Assembly: GCA_002189035.1 (NCBI GenBank)
Contig: NEEC01000021.1
Location: 558,001 to 622,000, forward strand
DNA length: 64,000 bases
Direction of reading: 5' to 3'
DNA from: Utricularia gibba
Lineage: Eukaryota > Plantae > Magnoliophyta
Below are positions 49,978 through 61,668 of the stretch, piece after piece. The translations under genes and the position numbers were made by a program. Within the stretch, counting starts at the first letter, position 1. Each line of letters begins with the position of its first letter. Under the pieces are notes generated by a model. That model did no database searches. It worked only from the letters and a program-made list of their open reading frames with translations, and was not told the origin of the DNA.

Positions 49978-50569
49978 TGATGTGACCCTCTAATCTATAG
50001 AGATTAGCAACCCACAAAAAAGAGGTGATTTTGAAGCTTAGAAGAGAACCCATCCAAGTCTACCCTCAAGAGAATAAATCTCTTGCAACCAGACTTCGAA
50101 ACAAAGAAAATTAGGAGCCACACTTCAGAAAAGAGAGATTGATTGGAAGTGATAATCCTAGAACGCCACAAGCTCAAAGCTTGATAAGTTAAGAGTGTTC
50201 AAGCACTCAAAGGAGAGAGGAATCCTCACAAGATACATAAAATGACCAAAGATCCTGAATTAGTACATCTCTAGAGTATTTATACTCTAGAATTGGGCTC
50301 TAACATTACATAGTCCAAACTAAATGAAATAGAAAAGTCTAACAAGCTCAATGCTCTAAGTTAAGTCCATCTTCAAGTAGTTGAGCTCTTTTGATGGGAT
50401 GTCTTCAAGCCCATGTTTATTGAGTAGACCCTTAAGTGTATCTTCAACCATCTTTGTCTTGCTCCTAGTCATTGGTCCTGGTGGAATCATCTTTCTTTCT
50501 AATTTGTTCACTTGAACAAACTCCTCATCATTCTTCAAATACACTTCATTATCTTCCTGGAGCTCATCA
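49978..50569 (-). repeat. 3' LTR (592 bp)
   Basis: Direct repeat of 56089-56692, with about 10 substitutions by eye and one 12-bp indel. Confidence 0.97.
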
Positions 50570-53500
50570 TCCCCCTTTCTTTAGGAAGATTCGTCCCTGA
50601 ATCTGTATCCATGTTGAAAAGAGACAAATCAGCAACATTGAAAGTTGAATGAACAGAATACTCACCTGGTAAATCTAGCTTGTACGCATTATCATTAACG
50701 CGCTCAACAACTTGGAAAGGGCCATCTCCACGAGGTAGAAGTTTGGACTTTCTCTTTGTGGGAAATCTCTCTTTCCTAAGATGAAGCCAAACCCAATCTC
50801 CAGGTTCAAATACAACTTTGCGTCTCCCCTTGTTTGCTGCTGATGCATACTTTGCATTGTTGCATTCAATCTGTTGTTTCACCTTTTCATGCAATCTTCT
50901 GATTGCATCTGCTCTCTTCTTGCCATCTAAACTAACTTTCTCATCACAAGGCAAAGGTAACATATCCAAAGGTGTAACAGGATTAAAACCATAAACGACT
51001 TCAAATGGAGATAATTTAGTAGTCAGATGCATGGTTCTATTGTAAGCAAACTCAACAAGTGGCAAACATTCCTCCCAAGTCTTAAGATTTGATCTAATTA
51101 TAATCCTAAGTAAGGTAGAAAGTGTGCGATTAGTTACCTCAGTTTGCCCATCGGTTTGAGGGTGACATGTTGTTGAGTATAACAGCTTAGTGCCAAGTTT
51201 ACTCCAAAGAACTCTCCAAAAGTGACTAAGAAACCTTGCATCTCGATCAGAGACAATAGTTAGGGGCATACCATGAAGTCTAACAACTTCCCTAAAGAAG
51301 AGATCAGCCACATGAGATGCATCATCAGTTTTATGGCAGGGAATAAAGTGTGTCATCTTTGAAAACCTGTCCACAACAACGAAAATTGAATCTCTACCCC
51401 TTTGGGTACGAGGTAAGCCTAAAACAAAGTCCATAGAAATGTCCACCCATGGTTGGGAAGGAGTAGGGAGTGGAGTATACAAACCATTAGGGGCAGTGGT
51501 TGATTTAGCCTTCCTACAAGAGATACATCTAGAACAAATTCTTTCAACATCCCTTCTCATGTGTGGCCAAAAGAAATGTTGGGTGAGAGTATCAAGAGTC
51601 TTTTTAACACCAAAATGTCCCATTAGTCCCCCACCATGAGCTTCTCTAACAATCAAATCACGTATGGAGCAAGAAGGAATGCACAGCCTATCTTTCCTAT
51701 AAAGAAAACCATCTTTCCTGAAGAATAGCCCAGATTTAGCAAGTTCACATGCCTTATAAATATCCCCAAAATCGTGATCATGAACATATAAGTCAATGAT
51801 GGAAGCAAATCCAAGAATTCTTGCATCAAGATTGGCTAAAAGAGTGTACCATCGAGATAAAGCATCAGCAACCACATTCTCCTTACCTTTCTTGTATTTG
51901 ATCACATATGGGAATGTGTCAATGAATTCCACCCACTTAGCATGTCTTCTATTCAGCTTTACTTGAGCCTTCAAATGTTTGAGAGACTCATGATCAGTGT
52001 GTATCACGAACTCCTTAGGCCATAAGTAGTGCTGCCATGTCTCCAAAGCTCTAACCAATGCATACAACTCTTTGTCATATGTTGGATAGTTGAGGGTGGC
52101 ACCATGAAGCTTCTCACTAAAATAAGCAAGTGGACGTCCCTTTTGCATCAACACAGCACCAATCCCTAAACCTGATGCATCACATTCAATTTCAAAAGTA
52201 TCAGAAAAATTTGGAAGTGCTAGGAGAGGTGTTGAGCAAAGCTTATTCTTGAGTTGTTTGAAAGCATGTTCCTGCTCATCTCCCCAATGAAATGCATGAT
52301 TTTTCTTGATCAACTGGGTGAGGGGTGCTGCTATAGAACTGAAGTCCCTAACAAACCGTCTATAGAAACTTGCTAAACCATGAAAACTCCTAACTTCACC
52401 CACTGATGTAGGTGTTGGCCATTCTTTGATTGCTCTTACTTTCTCTTCATCCACAGCTACTCCTGCATTACTTACAACATATCCAAGAAAAGAGACACTA
52501 TTTGTGCAAAAGACACACTTTTTTATATTAGCAAACAACTTCTCTTTTCTAAGAGTATCTAACACATCTTTCAAATGCCCTACATGTTCCTCAATACTTT
52601 TACTATAGATCATAATATCATCAAAATAAACAACAACAAATCTACCTATAAAAGGCCTAAGAACGTGATTCATCAATCTCATAAAGGTGCTAGGAGCATT
52701 GGTTAACCCAAAAGGCATAACAACCCACTCATACAAACCAAACTTAGTTTTAAAAGCAGTTTTCCACTCATCACCTTCCTTCATTCTAATCTGATGATAT
52801 CCACTTCTCAAATCAATCTTACTAAAAACACAAGCACCATGCAATTCATCAAGCATATCTTCAAGTCTAGGGATAGGATGTCTATACTTGATTGTGATGT
52901 TGTTGATGGCGCGACAATCAGTGCACATCCACCAAGTTCCATTAGACTTTGGAACCAATAACACCGGCACCGAGCAAGGACTCATGCTCTCACGCACAAA
53001 TCCTTTAGACACCAATTCCTCAACTTGTTTTTGTATTTCCTTCGTCTCCTCTGGATTGGCTCGGTATGCTGGTCGGTTTGGGAGTTGTGCTCCAGGGACA
53101 AGGTCAATTTGATGCTCAATCCCTCTAAGGGGAGGTAAGCCTTGAAGCTCTTCTGGAAAAACATCTTCATATACCTGTAAGAGAGACACAACACAAGATG
53201 GAATGGATGAAGCATGGTTAGGTGAAGTAGGAACTTCATCCTTATATATGAGTAGAATGAATGGTTGCCTAGCATGAAGTAAGTGTCTAATCTCACTTGG
53301 CCTTGCTAATAGACTCTCATTCTTTCTCTCAATTCCTAAAACTCTCATGTTTTCACTCTCTGTTTTGTGCTCATTTTCATCCTTTTTTCCACTCAATTCC
53401 TTGCCATCTCTTCTTTTTTCTCCACTTTTTCGCATATTTTTTTCACTCATTTTCACTTCACTCATCTCTTCTCCCTTACGAACGACCACCTTGTGCTTTC

Positions 53501-55259
53501 CATTATCAGTATGAAGGCCTCTAGCATCATTCAGAATTCTGACTTGATCTTCATGTGCCTCCTTTGGAGATAATGGAGCAAGTGTGATGGAGCGTCCATT
53601 ATAATTGAAGGAATATTTGTTCTTGAAACCATCATGAAATGCTCTTCTATCATATTCCCAAGGTCTCCCAAGAAGAATATGGCTTGCATGCATAGGAACA
53701 ACATCACATAGGACTTCATCTTCATATCTCCCTATGGAAAACGTCACAAGCACTTGTTTGGTAACCTTTACCTCACTTCCTTCATTGAACCACTGCAGAT
53801 TGTAAGGCTTAGGATGCCTCACGGTGGGTAGTCCCAATTTCTCCACCAAGATGTTGCTAGCAACATTGGTGCAATTACCTCCATCAATAATCAGGCTGCA
53901 AACTTTCCTATTAACAAAGCATCGGGTTTGAAACAAGTTCTCCCTTTGCTCATCATTATCCTTCACCCCAATGTTAAGCGTCCTTCGAGTGACTAATACT
54001 TCTCCAGAAACAGGCAATTCATCCTCATCACTCACTTCAGCTTTTGTCTCCACTAGATCATCATCATCTTCACTAACAACTTCGCCATTACCCCTAATCA
54101 CCATTGCTCGTTTATTTGGGCATTCAGAAGCAATATGTCCAAGTCCCAAGCATTTGAAACATTTTATGTTTCTGGTAGTTCCCTTTGGAGGTGTTGTTCG
54201 CTCCCCTTGCTTGGAACTTGATTGGATGTCGAATTTGAAGTGTTCCATGGATGACTTCCCTTTATTTCTCTCCATCATCTCATTGGTGCCCCCAAATTTC
54301 GAACCAGAAGTCCTCTTGTTGAAATCTCTTGCGAAACTCTTGCTAGATAGTTGTTTCTCAACCTTTGTGGCCATATGAATCATGTCCTCCATCTCAATGT
54401 AGTGATGAAGCTCCACAATATTTGCAATCTCCTTATTCATCCCATGAAGAAACCTAGCCATAGTTGCTTCTCTATCTTCCTGAACATGAGCTCTAATCAT
54501 TAAAATCTCCATTTCCTGCCAATATTCCTCCACTGGCCTTGAGCCCTGCTTGAGATTTTGCAAACGTTGATAAACATCTCTTTGGTAATGGTTTGGAACA
54601 AACCGCCTCCTCATAACTCTTTTCATCTCAACCCAAGTGTGAATTGGTTCTTCAGAGTCAATCCTTCTTTTAGCCACCAATTGATCCCACCAAATGATAG
54701 CATACTCACTAAATTCCATGGAGGCCAATCTGATTTTCTTTTCGTCAGAGAAGGTGTTGCAATCAAAGACATGTTCTACTCTTGTTTCCCATTGGAGATA
54801 TGCATCTGGATCATTCTTTCCTTGAAATTGAGGTATCTTCATCTTGATGTTAACATCCTTTCCAATTCTTCCTCCGTCTCTTCTACCTCCCTGATCTCGA
54901 AATCTTCTTGTATCCCCATGCACAAAATCATTTTCACTATGTTCAATGTAGTCATCTTCTTCATCATTATTCAGGGTTCGATCTCTTCTTCCAACAGTCC
55001 TTGCACTTCGTTGATCACTTAAGTCATGTTCAGTGTTGATGCGTTGATGCAATTGACTACCTCAACCCCTTCCAGCAGCATAATTATCTTGTCTTCGTGC
55101 TCTTGCAACATTTTGCAAAGAATTTTCGTGTTCATCAAGCCTGACATTTATGTTTTCCAGAATGCGATGCAATCTAGTGAACTCCTGTTGCATAGCTTTC
55201 AAAGTGAACCTCCCATCCGGTGAGTCATCCTTTTCATGCTCACTTCTGGAATTTGACAT
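50535..55259 (-). pseudogene. gag-pol polyprotein, interrupted by one in-frame TGA at 55062-55064
   Basis: Zinc knuckle [14 protein letters not shown], protease [21 protein letters not shown]...VVYFDD, RNase H ECDASG, integrase H..GLMGHFG...C..C and HPQTDGQ. The Gag start MSNSRSEHE at 55259 is in the same frame as the 1505-aa ORF. Confidence 0.93.
50570..50585 (-). other. Polypurine tract
   Basis: The reverse complement cctaaagaaaggggga abuts the 3' LTR. Confidence 0.85.
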
Positions 55260-56073
55260 CCTAAATACTGGACAAAAGAAAACGAGCAGCAAGGAAGAAA
55301 AGAGACTAAACTAAAAAGAACAAAGAAACACACACAAGATTTACCACTCAATACTCAAGCTTCAAGTCCTTGATGCACTCTTTAATGTCATCATGCTTGT
55401 TCTCATGGCATCTAACGAATTAATCACTTCCAGATTGGTATTGATTATAGTGTAATGATGGAGTTAGGTGAGGGTGGCAGTATTAATAGTCTCAAGATGG
55501 AGACAAAGGGAAGTGTTTAAATTAAATTGGTTGCTTGTTGGAATAGATAAATAGGAAGGATGGACAACAAGGTAAGAACAGATGAAATCAGATAATAGAG
55601 CACTACACACGAAATGTGTTGCTTGCTAAACTATAGAAATACAGGAATGGGCAATCAACAAAGAGAATAGTCAAATGGAAAGGTGGGGACACGTGAATGA
55701 CAGAGGATGGGAATTGAAGATAAGAAAAACAACAATAAAGTGGTTGGTTGGTGGAATGGGAAAAGTAGAGAGGTGGGCCACAATTTAAACATACATAATA
55801 ATGGATGATAGTGATGGGTAATGGATGTTCACCTTCACACTCCTTATCCTCTTGCACACTTGAAAATGATATTCAATGTGTTCTTGCTATTCAATTGACA
55901 CTCAATTTCGAGCTCTTCTTCAATCAACTTCCTGTGAACCTCCCTTTTTTTTTGTACTAAAGCCAAAAGTAATAAGGACTTGGCTTGAACGATTTTTTTT
56001 TTTTTTTTTTGAATAGCCAGGAATGGAAGAACTCAAACAAGAACTGGATAATAATAAGGATAAGAAACCCAAA

Positions 56074-56085
56074 GCTCTGATACCA
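56074..56085 (-). other. Primer binding site complementary to initiator tRNA-Met
   Basis: The reverse complement is TGGTATCAGAGC, 3 nt inside the 5' LTR. Confidence 0.95.
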
Positions 56086-56088
56086 AAA

Positions 56089-56692
56089 TGATGTGACCCT
56101 CTAATCTATAGAGATTAGCAACCCACAAAAAAGAGGTGATTTTGAAGCTTAGAAGAGAATCCACCCAAGTCTACCCTCAAGAGAATAAATCTCTTGCAAT
56201 CAGACTTCGAAACAAAGAAAATTAGGAGCCACACTTCAGAAAAGAGAGATTGATTGGAAGTGATAATCCTAGAACGCCACAAGCTCAAAGCTTGATAAGT
56301 TAAGAGTGTTCAAGCACTCAAAGGAGAGGGGAATCCTCACAAGATACATAAAATGACCAAAGATCCTGAATTAGTACATCTCTAGAGTATTTATACTCTA
56401 GAATTGGGCTCTAACATTACATAGTTCAAACTAAATGAAATAGAAAAGTCTAACAAGCCCAATGCTCTAAGTTAAGTCCATCTTCAAGTAGTTGAGCTCT
56501 TTTGATGGGATGTCTTCAAGCCCATGTTTGATTCCAATGGTATTGAGTAGACCCTTAAGTGTATCTTCAACCATCTTTGTTTTGCTCCTAGTCATTGGTC
56601 CTGGTGGAATTATCTTTCTTTCTAATTTGTTCACTTGAACAAACTACTCATCATTCTTCAAATACACTTCATTATCTTCCTGGGGCTCATCA
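56089..56692 (-). repeat. 5' LTR (604 bp)
   Basis: See the 3' LTR; this copy carries the extra 12 nt gattccaatggt. Confidence 0.97.
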
Positions 56693-57203
56693 TGAAGTAC
56701 TGCAATGATATATTTTAGTGCATCCTAAACTTCATTCCACAACGCGACTCAAGGGAATGTTTGCTCTCATTTTGATTCATTTTCTACTTTCTAATTTTAC
56801 AGAGAATTAGAACTGACCTCCAAAGGCAGCAAAAACTTCACTTTCAGTTCACAAATTCATAGGGTAGAATACAAACAAACTGATGAAAGACAGATTTGAG
56901 AGCAAGTCCTGAATAGTTCAATGGCTGTCAAGTTTCAGACTAAATGTTATGTATTTATACACAGGCTAAGAAGGATACTGTTACATCAGCACAGAATGGA
57001 TGAAAGTGAAGCAGTGCTTCAGCTTTATCATTTCCATGGCGCTGTCATGGATTTCTGTAGTAGAACTATAAGCCTACAAAGGAATTCTGGTCCAACCATG
57101 CATTTGCATCCTCTTGAGTGTAACTCAAGCATGGCGCATTACAACTACCATGACTAATGAGAAAGTTATACACTACCAACCTGATGGAAGGAGTGAAGAA
57201 GTA

Positions 57204-60200
57204 TCATGGCTGCTGCACAATTCCTTTTTTCAGCAGCATGTCGTAAACTCGGTCAACTTTACTAGGCTCAAGTTGGAAGAATGAGTGAGCTTCGGATTTC
57301 TTGGTGATGCCACCACTCATGATTTGTGTTGTCATGTCCTCTTGCATCTTCAGATAGAGATTGGGAGACAATTTCATCTCCCTACAGAGTTGCTTCTCCT
57401 GCACATCAATAGGTTAATCTGGAGATCTGCATCATGGATAAGAGCAACAATGCTTATACACCACATGCTTACATATTCAGATAGTAAATTGGCCCCAGAA
57501 TCGGACAGATTTTCAGGATCATTTTGTCCCAACAAGAGAGCTTGGCCTCCAGATGTTGGGGTGGGATATGCCCCTAATGATTCTGGATAAAAAGGTAAGA
57601 GACTATCTTGGCTGCTGAGGATAGGCTGAGTGCTATCATTTGGATGAGTAGCGTTCACAGATTTTCTCCTCTTCTGCTCAAGATACCTATCTGCATCAGC
57701 AGCCGATCGACATCCCATGGCTCGAGCTTCCTAAAAGATTTCAACAAGAAGTGTAACAGCAAGAACACATAAAACCAAAAGCAGTTTTTTTGAACTGAGC
57801 AGACCTCAAGTTGTTGAATTCGTTTCTGAATCCTGTGCTCTGAGATAACAACTTTGATCAGTTCTTCATGGTCTGCTTTGGAATGGAAACGCATATAAAC
57901 GTCGTAACGCTGACATAGTTCCTTCTCCTCTCGTGATAAGTCCTTACGAAACTGACTAGGGAGCAGCAAATCTCTTTCTAAGATAAATTCCTTCCTCCGC
58001 TTCCTTTCATCAAGCCTGTCAACAGGAAGTAGGACAGAACAATTAGCTAATGACCGTGAGTACACTTCCCTGGACTTTCCAGTAGAACATACCGCTTTCC
58101 GTATATACAGAGGACTCTTAGTTTCAATTCACGCTCTTGTTCAGTATCATTTTCCTTGAACTCCATGTCGGCTAGCAACTGCTCGGCATCATTATCGTAT
58201 TCTGGATCAAATTCTTGCCTCTTTGGATTGTAACCACTTGAATCCACCATTGGGGTTTCAAGTCTTGCAGCTTTAGGCTTACTTCCATAAAACTTCGCCC
58301 AGATGCATTGTCTGAGAATTTTTCCACAGGCATGAACGGAATGCAGATGCGTAGCATCAAGAGAATCCAAAACAGAGCTTACCTTCCACTTTCTGAAGTT
58401 CTTCCTGATCTTTACTATGGAAATTGTTGGATGCTTTTTTGTTAACTTTGGCACCTAATGCATAGAGGACAAGTCAAATGCACATCTTGCATTCCAAGTT
58501 CTCATCAATGCTTATAGAGAGCAAAAATAAGATCTGTAGAGTGGATGATCATTTATTTCATTACCTGGCATTGAGGTGGCGGCTATGCGACTGGAGGGGC
58601 CATTCTTGTAAGTATCTTCAACCCTATAAGAAGCATGCTAGACATTAGAATGTATTTCATCATTGCATTGTTAAAGCATCATGACTCACTTGACTCTTGA
58701 TGGTGAAAATGGGGATTCCTCCTTTAGCTGAACCTCTGCTGGAAAAGGAGCAAAGAGGAAAATAAAATGCTAATGACTTTATGGTGTGAAAATATTGTAT
58801 AATCTGAGGAACACAGACAAGATGGAATTCTACTCTACTTCACATCCATTAATGCAGGAGTTTGGACAGTTATCAGCACCAACCTTTTTTGTCCTCAAGC
58901 TGACCCTTAGCCATAGCAAGAAGTTCTTTTCTATTTTTGCCGTTGGCATGCGTCATATCCTGGAAAGAAGAGCCCTCGTGGCACAACAGTACTGAAGATA
59001 GAGAACTAATTCTTGAAGTAACTGGAAATCATACCGGCAAAGGGAAGCAGGGAGAACTGAGGTAAGCAGCTCTGTAATGCTCTATACATGCTACCTTAGA
59101 TTTAGTGCCAACATGCTCGGCTACTTCCGCCCAATTTCCAACACCATACATCTCAATACCCTACAGTGATAATGAGTAGGAATTTAAAAATAAAAATAAG
59201 CCTGCACATAAATTTAGTAGTATAATGGATATCCTTTGTATACGAAAATTTCATGAATGAAAACACAGAAACCTCGAGGAGTAATATTTCTTCATCAGCA
59301 TTCCATTCAGGGCAAATGATTGGAAATGAGAGTATATCCTGCACAAATTGGATTTAAAGTAAATTCTCAGATTCAGCTTACCTTCTTCATGGTTAAAATG
59401 CTAGCACCTTATAGGATCAAAGCTACAGTTGATTCATAACAAAGCAATACATTCTCCAGAGAAAGCACTGACCATAACTCGATAGGGATGGCAACTTTTG
59501 TGGGGATGAACCTCAGCTCCAACTGAAAAGCATTCTATACAAAGGTCAAAATCAGAACACACAGCGCATTTTATGCGAGTCCTCCCTGAAATGTCTTTGT
59601 TGCAATAGTTACAATGATACAGTGCCCTCTTCCCCTCGCTGGACCCTTGACCTGATCATAGAGGAGTTGAAATATGTTACAAACCTTGACAAGATACAGA
59701 ATTCTTGTATAATGCTATCACACTCTTATCATATATGCTGCCTGGAATTCAGTGTTTTAGCGAAAAACGCCAAGCACCGTGCATTTTGATGGGCATTGTC
59801 CAATTTTTAAGACAAATCCAATCTCTTTTTCTTCTTGAAAAAAACTGTAGCAGTCGGAGAAACCAAGTCACCTGGTGTAGAAGAGTCCAGATTTTCTCCG
59901 CTCAATGCATTCTTTTTTCTCCTTGATCTGAAAATAGGAAGGCAGACACATCATTCAAAGGTTTCTTCGTACAACTAGTTTCAGCGAGAACTACAATGTA
60001 ACAATTTCTCCACCATTACACCAGAAAAAGAGCGCAAGCTGCTCAGCAACAGAAAAATATAACCAACTCTCACCCGCAATGTGGGGTCAGGAGCAAGGAT
60101 CATGTAAGTACTCAAACCAAATTGCACACAATACATACAATTTTGGAGAAGCCAAAGCATGACACAACAGATTTCATCATTCCCACTTCACAAGAACCAA

Positions 60201-60442
60201 CAAAACAATACGAACAATAAAATCCACAAAAAACCAACGAAATCAAAGTTACATTTTCAGAACTGAGCACTAACTCTACCATAAAACCCGAATCACGAAA
60301 GATCCTAATTTCCCCTAAAAAAGTAACCAAAAGATGAGATCTTTCAGAGATATTTGAACTCGAGAAAAACCCGCAAGAACGAAGAAATCAACCTTTGACT
60401 TGGATCTTCGTCGGCATGAAAATTTCCACGCGAACGACCCAT
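57204..60442 (-). CDS. ADA2: Transcriptional adaptor ADA2 (ADA2b-like, SAGA), with one apparent 1-nt frameshift at ~58289-58300
   Basis: [17 protein letters not shown] start; ZZ finger [31 protein letters not shown]; [36 protein letters not shown]; [19 protein letters not shown]; SWIRM-like end [10 protein letters not shown]...[18 protein letters not shown]. Confidence 0.95.
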
Positions 60443-61668
60443 TGATCTGCAACGGGAAAACTGCCTGTCGGAATTCGGGTAGTTCTTAACATCAAATTCC
60501 AATCATTCCCTTTTAATCATCATTTTTTTTAAATTGCCCGTCAAAAAGAAGAACGGAGGATGACGACGACACACGACCAAAAATTAGTTCATATATTTAT
60601 GAATCTTGAAATTAAGATTACTCAAAATATAATTTAAATCAAAATTATCTTGGATTGATACTGAAAATATATTCTAGATAAATAATAAAAAAAGATCAAG
60701 CAAAGAATTGCAATCCTGAATTCTATCTAACAAATTATTCAAAGGTGCAAATCATACTAAAATAAATTAAATATTTAAATAATGGTTGATTTAAAACAAT
60801 AATATAGAAGAATAATTTTGAAAAACATAATTATATAATCACTGTATAAATAAATGTAAGGTCAAAAACCTTATGATGTTATCCACATAAATTGAATTAA
60901 ATGTGTTTAAATAAAGTAACTCTTTTAATTTTGTATGAAGTTTTTTTTTGGAATAAGATAACGTAAAATTGTAAAAATTGAATATTCAAAATGAATAATA
61001 TCGTGTAAGACGAGAATATATTATAATATTTGGTATTAGAGCTAAATACATGTTCGTGCCAATGATGAAATGAAGAAGCATTTTACAAAAATTCTGAGTG
61101 TCTAAGAAAAATAAAATGTAAAACTATAGATCTAATGACAATATTCTATATTGATTATGGATGGAAGTAAGAAATGTGTTTAAATAAATTTATCTTCTTA
61201 ATCTTGAATGAGACATTTTCTTCAAAAAAAAACATAAAATCTTAAAAATTAAATATTTGAAACAAATAATATCATACAAAACAAAGATGAGTATTAACAT
61301 TGAAAATTTTTTATTCTAAAAATTTGAAAAATTATCTTAAAATAAAAAATTACAGAATCTTAATTTGTTTAGAAATATTTTTGAAAAAGCACTTTTATAA
61401 CAATTATACTATACATGGGCTCTAGTTTTCTAACATAATTTGTATAAGGACTAAAAAAGAAGAGTGTCATCTCACAAACATTGATCATATTTTGATGAGT
61501 AAGAAACAGAGGAAACAAAGAAACCAAGCAAAGAAGTAGAGTTTCATCTCTTCTCCTTGACCAGTTTTCATTCTCAAAACGAACCATGGACACAGCCATT
61601 GGAGGGGTAAAAGAAATGCTGCTGATGAGGAAGTTGTATACAAATGCATCCTTCTTCAAACAGTTGGT

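Larger units (their letters stand above)
49978..56692 (-). mobile_element. Full-length Ty3/gypsy LTR retrotransposon, CRM (centromeric chromovirus)-like clade, 6715 bp
   Basis: LTRs at 49978-50569 and 56089-56692 with TG...CA ends, TSD TGAAG (49973-49977, 56693-56697), tRNA-Met PBS and PPT. Domain order is gag-PR-RT-RH-INT. Confidence 0.97.

Noticed and set aside
56970-56979. U12-like GTATCCTT on the minus strand downstream of the ADA2 stop; also gtatcctc near 27765
   Set aside because: No matching branch point or intron context; the second would give an implausibly short intron.
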